Positions 7,739 to 16,780 are shown, numbered from the stretch's first letter. The stretch: DNA of 64,000 nucleotides from an uncultured Desulfobacteraceae bacterium (GCA_913060875.1 CAJXSL010000007.1:76769-140768); one strand, 5' to 3'. Notes: generated by a model from the letters alone, not told the origin. A program made the numbers and translations.

Positions 7739-10700
7739 GGTCTTGGCCTTTGCATGGCGGGGTCGCTTCCGCCTTGTAAATCCGGCAAAGAATCGCCCGA
7801 CATTGTACATTGCCGACGACAGGATCATGGGGGGCATCATGACGTAATAGGGTGTTGATATTGGATTCAAAGCAACCGTGATCCGGCCCTGGTTTTTCAG
7901 GAAACCACCAGGCATGCGGCCCTGCAACGACATCGGGATGCATGTCAGCTAAGAAACGGACTTTAAAACGGATGCGGTCCCTGCCTTGGGATTGGGGTGT
8001 TTCGAGGTACACCCATTGCCCTTCACAAAGGCCGTATCTCAGGCCGGTGTTCGGATTCATTTCCAGATAGGCTTCCGGGATTAGTTCCCGTTGTCTCGCG
8101 ATTTGGCGGCCTTCACTGTGCATATACGACCACAAGCGGTAGTGTGTATAAATGAGGGGGAATTCGTTATACAGGCCAGGTGTGCTCTTCGGGCCTTCCG
8201 GGGGTTCCCTGTAAACCGGCAGGGGATCTACGCCAATGGACGCAAAGACAGATGAGTAGAGTTCGATTTTGCCGCTGACAGTATTGAACGCAGGATCGCT
8301 GCATTCGAAACGACGGAATTCCCTGGGGAGTGTGATCTGGGACTCCGGCATGCGGCAGACCTGGTCGAAGGTGACCCCCAGGTAGCGCAGACGCCAATTC
8401 AAGAAGTCTTTTACCGTTTCCCACGGAGAGACATCACGGCCCAATCGCTTGGCGATTTCAATCGCAACCTCGCGATCATCTCTGCAGTCGCCTGGCGGCT
8501 CCACCAGTTTGGCGGATGCCATGATGTGGTTTGCCGGGTAAAGATATTCCCCTGCAAGCGTGTCTATTTCGGTATAAAACGCTGCCGGTAAGACAATATC
8601 TGCTAATTCGGCCGTCGGCGTCATGAAAAAATCCGAAACGAATGTAAACTCGACGCTATCCCGCATCGCTTGCCAGATTTTTCGGCTGTCCATCTCGGCG
8701 ACAACCAGGTTGTCGGCCACACACCAAAGGGCTTTCACCTGACCGTTTGCCATGCCTTCAACCATTTGAGGCATATCGCAGACCGCCTCGTGATGCATCA
8801 GTGGATAATCTTTTGCACCGAATCGCATCTCTTCCACCGCACCCGGCCCTTTTATCCCCTTGCCCATGTCATAGACATGCCAGAAAAGCTGATCCCGAAA
8901 GGTTCGATAATAGAAAAGATTGCCGCCAGGGACGTCTACATTGCCACACAACGCGATCAAAATGGAGATCGCGCGACCGGTCTGCGTCGATGTCACCTGC
9001 TGACCGCCGGCCCCTAAACGAACATAGATACATCCTGGACGATTTTTCGCATATATTCGGGCAGCCTTGACAATGTCTTTGACGGCAAGCCCCGTTATAT
9101 CGGCTGCTTTTTCGGGTGAATAATCCTGAACGTGCCTTTTCAACCGTTTAAAACCAAAACACCACTTTTCTACAAATTCGGCATCGTAAAGCTCTTCCCG
9201 AATGATAACGTGCTGCATGGCAAGCGCCAGCGCCATGTCGGTACCCGGTCGAATGCGAAGCCACAGGTCCGCCCGGCGCGCTATCGGTGTGGGGCGTGGA
9301 TCAATAACGATAACGCTGGCGCCGTTGTGGATCGCACGATTGATATCGCGGGTTTGTGCAGGCGTGCCGACATGCGGGTTTGATCCCCAGAACACCATGC
9401 AGCGGCTATGCGCGTAGTCCGGGCCGAATTCATACGTTATCAGATCCCCGAAGGTAACCGCGTTGTTCATGTCATCCGGCGTGTCACAGGTATATCTCCC
9501 CCAATGGGTATTTGGCGTCGGCCACATTTTCTTACAAATGGCCAGTGCCTGCACACCAATATGTTTCTGCCCGGAACCACAGGAAACCGCCACAGCGGCC
9601 GGACCGTATACCTGCTGGATGGCCTCCAGTTTCTCGGCGATCGTACTGAGCGCCTCCTCCCAGGGCATACGCGCCCATTTTCCCTCACCCCTCCGACCGA
9701 TACGTTTCAAGGGGTAAAGCAACCGCCCGGGATGATACATGACATCGGGAATAGTCGCGCCTTTCGGGCAGCAGGTGACGCAGTCAAAACATCGTGCCGC
9801 CTCATCCATACTCTGTTGTCTGGTGTAACCAACATCGGTCTCATACCAACCGCCGGTTGGTATCGTTGACGCCGGGTTCGGCTCACATTTTTCAGGAGTC
9901 GGTGGTGTTTTTTGCCCCACACCATGAATTGGAAAAGATAGACGTTTTAACCGGCCGCTAGGGAGGCCAGTTAAGTAGGTGACAACCGATTCAGCCGCTC
10001 TTCGGCCGGAGGCCATACTTTCCACAGCATTGGAAAGCCCGGAAGTCACCTCCCCGCAGGCGAACAATCCCGGCAACCTGGTTGCCATCGTTTTAGAATC
10101 TGCCGCCAAGGTTCCGTAGCGCGTAGTGAGAGATCCATTCCCAACGAACGAATCCACATCGCTGGTCTGCCCAATCGCAACAATGACAACACCCGCCGGC
10201 ATCTCCAGCCGGTTTTCGGCGCCTTTGCAAAGGGTATAATCAATTTTTCCTTCCCGGTCCTTTTCGAAAATATCCACTTTCTGGAATTCGATCCCTACCA
10301 CGCCCGCGGTGCCTTGCTGTAGAAAACTTTGCGGCGCTATTCCTGGTTGGATTGAAATCCCCTCCGCTTCCGCCCTCTCCAGATCTCGCGACCGCGCAGG
10401 CATTTCATTGCGGTGTTCAAGGCACGTCATCGTTACGTTTTTTGCGCCCAACCGCAGAGCCATCCGCGCAGCGTCCACAGCCGTGTCGCCGCCACCAATG
10501 ATCACAGCATTTCCGTTGATTTCAAAGCCATCAGCCTCTTTTGCGGCGCGTAAAAATGTCAGTGCGCTGTAAATCCCACCCAGTCCGGCCCCGGGGATGT
10601 TGAGACCAAGCGGTTTGGAACATCCACTGGCAACCATCACCGCGTCATACCGCCTTCTCAAATCTTGAAAAAAAACATCAACACCAACAGTTGTATTAAG

Positions 10701-11285
10701 GATAATTCTTACGCCCAATGCTTCAATGGCATCGATATCGGCTCGCAGGATCGTTTGAGGAAGAATGAATTCCGGAATGACCGTGGCCGGGATACCGCCA
10801 GGAATAGAAGCGGCCTCATAGACGGTCACCCCGTAACCAGCTCTTACTAAATCATTTGCCGCCGTCAAACCGGCCGGACCTGAGCCGATGATTGCAACTT
10901 CCTCCGGCTTCGTTCTCGGAGCCGGCAGCGATTCACGGTCACGTTTGGACGCATGCTCCAAGACCGCCCGTTTCAACGCTCTGATCGCCACCGGTTCACC
11001 CATGGCGTTCCAGGAACAATACGCTTCACAGGGGCGATGACATATCCGGCTGCAAATCGCAGGCAGGGGGTTGGTCTCCCGGATTTCGGACAACGCATCA
11101 TCGAAACGTCCTTCGGATATCAACCTTACGTACTGAGAAACATCTGTCCCTAACGGACAAGCCTCCGTACAAGGGGGGATCCGATTGTAGGAGCCATCTT
11201 CGACACCTACTATTATCCCATCCACGACTTCTACGGTGAGACGGCATTTCTGGTGGCATCGAAGACAAAAGGTTTTCTTTTTCAT
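7722..11285 (-). CDS. molybdopterin (Mo/W-bisPGD) oxidoreductase with an inserted GltD-like FAD/NAD(P)-binding Fe-S module
   Basis: 1187 aa. Residues 7-14 (CLRCHQKC) plus the strand RLTVEVVDGIIVGVEDG form the start of a Mo-bisPGD 4Fe-4S domain. Residues about 35-445 are GltD-like (CPLGTDVSQYVRLISEGRFDDALSEIRETNPLPAICSRICHRPCEAYC, VAIIGSGPAGLTAANDL, VIIGGGDTAVDAA). The Mo domain resumes at CCPKGATIPDVMYHPGRLLYPLKR and continues to a molydop_binding-like C-terminus. No Tat signal. Confidence 0.8.
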   Translation of the reverse strand: MKKKTFCLRCHQKCRLTVEVVDGIIVGVEDGSYNRIPPCTEACPLGTDVSQYVRLISEGRFDDALSEIRETNPLPAICSRICHRPCEAYCSWNAMGEPVAIRALKRAVLEHASKRDRESLPAPRTKPEEVAIIGSGPAGLTAANDLVRAGYGVTVYEAASIPGGIPATVIPEFILPQTILRADIDAIEALGVRIILNTTVGVDVFFQDLRRRYDAVMVASGCSKPLGLNIPGAGLGGIYSALTFLRAAKEADGFEINGNAVIIGGGDTAVDAARMALRLGAKNVTMTCLEHRNEMPARSRDLERAEAEGISIQPGIAPQSFLQQGTAGVVGIEFQKVDIFEKDREGKIDYTLCKGAENRLEMPAGVVIVAIGQTSDVDSFVGNGSLTTRYGTLAADSKTMATRLPGLFACGEVTSGLSNAVESMASGRRAAESVVTYLTGLPSGRLKRLSFPIHGVGQKTPPTPEKCEPNPASTIPTGGWYETDVGYTRQQSMDEAARCFDCVTCCPKGATIPDVMYHPGRLLYPLKRIGRRGEGKWARMPWEEALSTIAEKLEAIQQVYGPAAVAVSCGSGQKHIGVQALAICKKMWPTPNTHWGRYTCDTPDDMNNAVTFGDLITYEFGPDYAHSRCMVFWGSNPHVGTPAQTRDINRAIHNGASVIVIDPRPTPIARRADLWLRIRPGTDMALALAMQHVIIREELYDAEFVEKWCFGFKRLKRHVQDYSPEKAADITGLAVKDIVKAARIYAKNRPGCIYVRLGAGGQQVTSTQTGRAISILIALCGNVDVPGGNLFYYRTFRDQLFWHVYDMGKGIKGPGAVEEMRFGAKDYPLMHHEAVCDMPQMVEGMANGQVKALWCVADNLVVAEMDSRKIWQAMRDSVEFTFVSDFFMTPTAELADIVLPAAFYTEIDTLAGEYLYPANHIMASAKLVEPPGDCRDDREVAIEIAKRLGRDVSPWETVKDFLNWRLRYLGVTFDQVCRMPESQITLPREFRRFECSDPAFNTVSGKIELYSSVFASIGVDPLPVYREPPEGPKSTPGLYNEFPLIYTHYRLWSYMHSEGRQIARQRELIPEAYLEMNPNTGLRYGLCEGQWVYLETPQSQGRDRIRFKVRFLADMHPDVVAGPHAWWFPEKPGPDHGCFESNINTLLRHDAPHDPVVGNVQCRAILCRIYKAEATPPCKGQDHAPGQ

Positions 11286-11393
11286 AATTAGGCGTGGGGA
11301 ACCAATTCAAAATTGTGTTCGAAAATAGACGACAATTTGGCAGAAGGGGTATGTAAGGCCACAAACCCGATGCACGGTTTATGAACAGGGCGT

Positions 11394-11819
11394 TTATCGG
11401 ACGGCAAACTGTTTCGCAATCAATCCAACCATAATTTTGCCGATTCCCGTTGCGGCCTGCTCCAGGGTCGCAAACCGATCGTATACCGTCCGGCATTCCT
11501 TGACCTTGTCATCTTCGTTGAATTCCCAGGCACACATGGCGCATAATTCAACAGGTTTGCCTTGGACGTTCGCTTTAATAAAATGCTCAAAAAAGGCCTT
11601 TTTCCCTGATGCGATGATGTCGTTGCCCGCTATTTCAACCGAATACGTCATTTGACTTTTTTGCCAATCCAGAAAATGCTTTATTTCGTCCCTGCCCACA
11701 AATTTCCCAAAAGGGGTAACCCAAACCCCATCATCCGCAAAAAAATCAGCGGCCTCGTTGCTCTTGCCGTCAGCCATGGTCTTTACGCAATCTCGCATGA
11801 GGGTTTCAATATTCGCCAT
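11394..11819 (-). CDS. SnoaL/NTF2-like domain protein
   Basis: 141 aa. The pattern ...FFADDGVWVTPFGKFVGRDEIKHFLDW... is typical of SnoaL-like polyketide-cyclase/NTF2 folds. Confidence 0.55.
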   Translation of the reverse strand: MANIETLMRDCVKTMADGKSNEAADFFADDGVWVTPFGKFVGRDEIKHFLDWQKSQMTYSVEIAGNDIIASGKKAFFEHFIKANVQGKPVELCAMCAWEFNEDDKVKECRTVYDRFATLEQAATGIGKIMVGLIAKQFAVR

Positions 11820-12174
11820 TATCGACCTCCTTGTGCTAAAAATACTGCCTTGATTCCTCGAATCGCCTGATAATAGCCCTCGGATGGGCCTGCAAACCCA
11901 CTGAGGGCATTATCTTGGCAATTTCAGATCGCTTATCGGTCGATGGAATATCATTTTGGGTTAACCGGTTTGTTGGGTGCTGTTGGGTGGGGAACTTGAG
12001 ATCCGGGGAGACGATGGAACTTCGTGGATTTGGGTGCCGATCAAATGGGATAATGATCTAAATTAAACCTGCTAAAGCGGGTGTCAAGGGGTTGGAAATC
12101 CCGATACCGTTGAATTGGGATATCGTGCCGGATCACTTGCCGAACATATCCGGAGGGCCTATGGATGTCTGGCA

Positions 12175-12918
12175 TTATTGTAAATACTTGTTCATCAACG
12201 CATTATAACGACCATCGGCTTTCATCCGGTCAAGTGCCGACTGAAACGAGGATACAACGGCGTCATCGGTTTTTTTGTTGAAGGCATAATAAAAATCATA
12301 CTTGTCGCTGAGAACGAGAACCTTTTCAAAATCCCCCAAATCGTATTTCGTTCCTTTAACGGTATAGGCAATCAAGTAATCAAATGATGCGATCAAATCG
12401 ATACGGTCGGCATAAATTTTCCTTATATTCTGAACGTTTGTACTAACAGACTCAAGATTTTTGCCCGGTTCGAAACCTTTGTTCAGCAGTTCCTTTTCAG
12501 CTGCATATCCAATGATTGTTCCAACGGTATAGTTTCGGGCATCCTGAAAATTGCAGATCTTTATGTCTGTCCGACGCTTCAATTTGTAGAGGTTAATATT
12601 CCTGGGAGCAATCGGTCCTACCCACTTAAACTGATGTTCCCGTTCTTCGTTTCGTGCCATCGTAAATATGGCCGAGTTTTTGTTGGACAGAACTGTTTGG
12701 TAAGCCCGCGCCCATGGATGAATTTTTATCGTATCCGGTACATGCAACTCTTTCAGTATCGTTCGCAGGATTTCTACAGAAAACCCCGTGACGTTGCCAT
12801 TTTCGGAATAGGCAAATGGTGGGAAATCATCGCACACAAACGCCAACTCAGGAAAGTCAGCATATGCCGGGAAGACAAATGCGATCATCACCGAACATAT
12901 AATTACCCAAGCTTTCAT
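12175..12918 (-). CDS. periplasmic substrate-binding protein (SBP family 3, amino-acid-type)
   Basis: 247 aa. Signal peptide MKAWVIICSVMIAFVFPAYA, then a family-3 solute-binding pattern (PPFAY..NG.VTGFSVEIL, RIDLI). The gene is visibly AT-richer than its neighbours. Confidence 0.7.
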   Translation of the reverse strand: MKAWVIICSVMIAFVFPAYADFPELAFVCDDFPPFAYSENGNVTGFSVEILRTILKELHVPDTIKIHPWARAYQTVLSNKNSAIFTMARNEEREHQFKWVGPIAPRNINLYKLKRRTDIKICNFQDARNYTVGTIIGYAAEKELLNKGFEPGKNLESVSTNVQNIRKIYADRIDLIASFDYLIAYTVKGTKYDLGDFEKVLVLSDKYDFYYAFNKKTDDAVVSSFQSALDRMKADGRYNALMNKYLQ

Positions 12919-13098
12919 TGAGCATATCCCATATGTTCAATTTCTGTAACCGTCTAAACGTGAGTAGAACATGAAGAAGGCAAATGCAAGTCTTGGAGGG
13001 GAAATGACACGAATTTAAGGGTCGATTGGGTTCAACTGAATCGGAACCGGCGGGTATATTGGGCCTCCGGGGATGTTTCAGAGACCAACCTGTCGTGA

Positions 13099-13143
13099 TT
13101 GAATTCCCAGGCGCACGCATGGCGCATCATTCAACAGGTTTGC
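13099..13143. repeat. about 45-bp fragment homologous to an internal piece of the SnoaL-like gene (11518-11560)
   Basis: TTGAATTCCCAGGCGCACGCATGGCGCATCATTCAACAGGTTTGC compared with TTGAATTCCCAGGCACACATGGCGCATAATTCAACAGGTTTGC. There is a 2-nt indel and a stop in the homologous frame. It ends exactly at the SpoIIE-gene stop codon. Confidence 0.6.
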
Positions 13144-14930
13144 TACTCAAACTTGGCAACAACAATCGTCAGGTCGTCATCGAGCGCTTTGCCGTTTATG
13201 AATTTTTGGACGGAATTGAAAAGGAGGTCTTTAATTTCCCTGGCGGGCAGGTGTGGATTGTCACGGATGATTGTTTTTACAGCATCTTTACCAAACATTT
13301 CCCCCTTTTCATTTCTTGCTTCCCACAACCCGTCCGTGGCCAGAAGAAAAATATCACCCGGCGATACAGTTTCCAATTTGCATTCTTCATAATCAGCGTT
13401 TTTATCAAATCCAAGCGCCATCCCACGACCTTTCAGTTCAATGAAATCATCGGCAGCGGGATTATAGCCTATCACGGGCTCGTGTCCGGCTCGCGACCAA
13501 TAAAGACAGTGATTGTCCAAGTCCATTATCAGAAGCATCATGGTGACAAAATTGCCGGATTCCGAGGTGCTTTGGCAAAGATAGTGATTGAGCAGCGACA
13601 GTTTCCTGGAGACACTCTCATTGTGGGCGGCCCGACTTCTCAGCAGGGCGCGTGTTGCCGTCATCAGGAGCGCAGCCGAGATACCGTGGCCGGAAACATC
13701 GGCAACAACCATACCGAACAGGCGGTCGTTATAATTGACAGGATGAATATAGTCGTAATAGTCGCCCCCGGTATTGTCGCAATACCGGCTCATCCCGGAG
13801 ACATCGAGTCCGGCAATCTTGGGGTCCTTCGCCGGAAGCAATTCGCGTTGGGTTTCATGGGCGATTTCCAGATCATTGATGATTTTCGCCTTGGCGATGG
13901 ACATCCCCAGGAGATAGGAAACCGTCCGGGCTGTATTGGCGACGGTCTCGATCATCAGGCCATCATAATCGTTTATCCCGTTGGCCTTGTTATACCCTAT
14001 AATGACGGTATCGCCTTCATGATAGTTCAAGAAATTGGTAATAGGGAATCCCAAAAACTTTTTGATGTCATTGTTAAAGGGGTATCGCTGTTCAAAGTCG
14101 CTCTGGGACATGCCCTCATCTTTGTTGGCATAAAACGGTTTGCCCGTTTTTTGGGACATCCTTGCAGCGACGGGTGTATTCTTTTCAATGATAATTTCAT
14201 TTGATTTTATAATTTCACGGCGGGTTTCCTTAAACGCGACGCCGGCCAAATCTTCGTCCAGAGTTAGCTTTGCTATAAAAAATCCGGAGAACCCTTCCTG
14301 GAACATCAATCTGGCCAGTCGTTCATAGACATCTTTTTTGCGGGTGACGTCCTCGATATTGTTGATGACATCCTGACTGAAGCGCCTGATGGCGGACAGG
14401 CGCAAATCCAATCTTTTCCGACGGGTAATATCGACAAGCCAGATGTAGTGATGCTGCCTGTCTTCGGAAGGTTTAATTTGAACGCCATACCATTTGTCCA
14501 GGGTGGACGAAAAACATTCCAGCATGTTTTGATTCGCGCTTGCATTCATGCTGGCGGATTCAAGAATCCGTTCCGCATTGATTTCACCAAAAATCTGCGC
14601 AATCGATTCTATCTTTTTATGGCTGAATAATTTCTTCGTCGGCCCCATTGAAATGACAATTTTACCCGTTTGATCCACCACAAATGTGGGCTCCTGCCTG
14701 ACGAAGGGCATCCGTGCAAGCAAATTCGTCTTCCGATTGGCGAATTCGTCATAAGAGGCGTAACCGATAACGGCTATGCTGAATAAGAGGATAAAAACGA
14801 TCGCCAACACGATATTCTGGAAGAGGGCCAAGCAAATCAAGAAGCTTATGATTAAAAAGAGATAAAGGTGAAAGGTTTTAAGCTTGCTGAGAATGATTTT
14901 TATAAATTCGCGTATATTTTCATATTCCAT
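13143..14930 (-). CDS. membrane-anchored PP2C/SpoIIE-family serine phosphatase with sensor (PAS/GAF-like) region
   Basis: 595 aa. Two N-terminal TM helices and a central sensory region. C-terminal SpoIIE motifs GGDYYDY, VVADVSGHGISAALLM, LLATDGLWEA and DDDLTIVVAKF. Confidence 0.8.
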   Translation of the reverse strand: MEYENIREFIKIILSKLKTFHLYLFLIISFLICLALFQNIVLAIVFILLFSIAVIGYASYDEFANRKTNLLARMPFVRQEPTFVVDQTGKIVISMGPTKKLFSHKKIESIAQIFGEINAERILESASMNASANQNMLECFSSTLDKWYGVQIKPSEDRQHHYIWLVDITRRKRLDLRLSAIRRFSQDVINNIEDVTRKKDVYERLARLMFQEGFSGFFIAKLTLDEDLAGVAFKETRREIIKSNEIIIEKNTPVAARMSQKTGKPFYANKDEGMSQSDFEQRYPFNNDIKKFLGFPITNFLNYHEGDTVIIGYNKANGINDYDGLMIETVANTARTVSYLLGMSIAKAKIINDLEIAHETQRELLPAKDPKIAGLDVSGMSRYCDNTGGDYYDYIHPVNYNDRLFGMVVADVSGHGISAALLMTATRALLRSRAAHNESVSRKLSLLNHYLCQSTSESGNFVTMMLLIMDLDNHCLYWSRAGHEPVIGYNPAADDFIELKGRGMALGFDKNADYEECKLETVSPGDIFLLATDGLWEARNEKGEMFGKDAVKTIIRDNPHLPAREIKDLLFNSVQKFINGKALDDDLTIVVAKFE

Positions 14931-15053
14931 GGCATTCGTACCATGCCCTGATTGGAACCAACCTTTTGGTTTCTATCGGCGAATAATTTAAAAAGCGGGC
15001 GGTTCATTTGCAAACCAACCACGTGCCCGCCTGTTCAGAGTTGCCGCGCCCCA

Positions 15054-15197
15054 CTAATCATTTTTGTTTTGTTTGTTTCTCGGTTTGGCTTTTTCTTCTT
15101 TAAGAACGACCTCACGATTGCAGAGGTCGCATCTTCCATCCTCGGTGATGCAGGGTTGTTTGGGGGTTTCACCACCGCAAATTCCACATTTGGGCAT
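15054..15197 (-). CDS. small zinc-ribbon-like protein, 47 aa (below the ORF-track length cutoff)
   Basis: ATG at 15197 is preceded by GGGAGGTG. Translation is MPKCGICGGETPKQPCITEDGRCDLCNREVVLKEEKAKPRNKQNKND (CxxC...CxxC plus a Lys-rich tail). It starts 20 nt after the stop of the upstream Prx-like gene. Confidence 0.45.
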   Translation of the reverse strand: MPKCGICGGETPKQPCITEDGRCDLCNREVVLKEEKAKPRNKQNKND

Positions 15198-15217
15198 GGG
15201 GCCACCTCCCTTGGCTT

Positions 15218-15877
15218 CTAATCGATAGATTTCATAATATCGACGATATCACGCGGTTCCGGCCTGATGGTGTGGTCGGGATGCACGTCCGTGCTGCGGA
15301 CAATCCCGCTGCGATCGATAATAAACCTGCCAGACATGGGCAGTTCCCAGGCATCGTTGCCATTGAATCGCTCGAGGTCGATACCGAAACCGGAGTACAC
15401 TTCCTGGAGTTTACGCGTCAGGGCGAAGGTCAGGCCGAATGCATCGGCAACTCGGTTGTCTTTGTCCGCCAGCACCGGGAAAGTGAGTTGATGCTTTTTC
15501 ACGACCTGTTTTGAATATTTCCCTAATTGGGGGGAAATGGCAATGAGGGAACCACCGGCTTCCTGCACCTGGTGGTAAACTTCCTGCAGAGCTTCCAGCT
15601 CCACATTGCAGTACGGTCACCAGACACCCCGGTAAAAACTGATGGCAAGAGGTCCGCTGGCAAGCAGCGTCTTAGAGCTGATGTCATTGCCTTTTTCATC
15701 GGGAAGGGTAAATTCCGGCATGGCCTCGCCAACGCCTATGGCTTTATCAGCGAGTCCGGATTCCATCAGATTTTTCGTCTCCTGCAACAGGGTCGCAACG
15801 ATTTCAGGTGGCCTCTTCGACATATTCTCATTTTTCAATGCGGTGAGTTTTTCCTGTAAGGTCATATTGTTCTCCAT
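15218..15877 (-). CDS. peroxiredoxin-like (AhpC/TSA/redoxin fold) selenoprotein; in-frame TGA (15617-15619) read as Sec
   Basis: Track ORFs 15617..15877 and 15218..15604 share a frame. Joined they read ...LAISFYRGVW-U-PYCNVELEALQEVYHQVQEAGGSLIAISP..., so the TGA sits at the first Cys of WCxxC. A SECIS-like hairpin follows. Confidence 0.8.
15585..15605 (-). promoter_or_regulatory. candidate bacterial SECIS hairpin
   Basis: It starts 11 nt after the UGA. 9-bp stem UGUGGAGCU / AGCUCUGCA (with 2 G-U pairs) and a GGA apical loop. Confidence 0.55.
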
Positions 15878-16004
15878 GGTTTGATACGATTTACCACGTT
15901 ACAAGTTATGTGTTCATGTCCCTCTAATCGGGGGAATGGATGCGCCCGCAAATCCTGGATGATTTCAATAAAAGCTGTCGTTGGGTTTGGATGGAAAACG
16001 TCTT

Positions 16005-16025
16005 TTTTGAACGTTCATTCAAGTT
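16005..16025. promoter_or_regulatory. operator-like repeat 1 in the divergent Prx-like/tetR intergenic region
   Basis: TTTTGAACGTTCATTCAAGTT contains the palindrome TTGAA..TTCAA. It matches 16056-16076 at 18 of 21 positions. Confidence 0.45.
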
Positions 16026-16055
16026 AAGTATAGCGGTTGGCCCTGTCAACATTCT

Positions 16056-16076
16056 TTTTGATTGATCATTCAAGTT
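16056..16076. promoter_or_regulatory. operator-like repeat 2 in the divergent Prx-like/tetR intergenic region
   Basis: TTTTGATTGATCATTCAAGTT lies 51 bp from repeat 1. Confidence 0.45.
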
Positions 16077-16134
16077 TATGTCATATATGTATTTGTAACG
16101 CCAAACGTCTTATTTGGAACAACGAGGTGAACCT

Positions 16135-16698
16135 ATGGCAAGAGCCCAATTCGATAGAAGCGACGTTATCGATAAATCTATCGCTCTATTCTGGAAAAAC
16201 GGTTTCAGCGGGTCATCGATACAACAAATTGTCAAAGCTACCGGGCTCAAGCCCGGCTCCCTCTACCTTGCCTTCGGCAATAAGGAAGCGCTGTATCGTG
16301 AAGCATTGGAGGGATATACCCAGAACGCCATCGCACAAATCCGCAACACGCTCGATTCTGCAAAAAATGTCGGGGAAGGTATTTGTGTCCATCTCGAAAA
16401 AATTATCCGGGAATCGACCGGCGAAAATTATTGCAGCTGCTTCCTCGTCAAAACCCAGCTTGAGTTGGCGGCAAAAGGCAGCGACCTTTACACGTTTGCA
16501 GCCTCTAAATTAGGTGAGATCGAAGCGCTTTTCCGGAGCTATCTTGAGAAAGAATTCAACAAAACAGTGAGTCGACGGCGCGCCGCCAGCCTCATGTTGC
16601 ATATCTTCGGGCTAAGGGTTTACGGCTATCAACAAAATTCGGCTGACCGCATGCGTCAGGGGTTGCGCGAGGGGATGCCGTGGCTTCCCTGGAAATGA
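16135..16698 (+). CDS. TetR/AcrR family transcriptional regulator
   Basis: The track ORF starts at a TTG (16114); the ATG at 16135 follows a GAGGTGA RBS. HTH SIQQIVKATGLKPGSLYLAFGNKEALY. Confidence 0.85.
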   Translation: MARAQFDRSDVIDKSIALFWKNGFSGSSIQQIVKATGLKPGSLYLAFGNKEALYREALEGYTQNAIAQIRNTLDSAKNVGEGICVHLEKIIRESTGENYCSCFLVKTQLELAAKGSDLYTFAASKLGEIEALFRSYLEKEFNKTVSRRRAASLMLHIFGLRVYGYQQNSADRMRQGLREGMPWLPWK

Positions 16699-16780
16699 GA
16701 TGCTCAGCCTATCCATGGGTGACAGCCATTTTTCCAAACATATAAATCAATTCTGCCTTTATAGCAGATTAACATGAACC

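Noticed and set aside
7739-7933. N-terminal 65 codons of track ORF 7169..7933
   Set aside because: This part overlaps the 3-prime end of the Mo-oxidoreductase gene in another frame. The internal ATG at 7738 gives a sensible gene boundary.
13026-14204. 392-aa plus-strand ORF
   Set aside because: It is entirely antisense to the SpoIIE phosphatase gene, whose conserved motifs are unambiguous. It has no RBS or motif, and its composition is typical of a shadow ORF.
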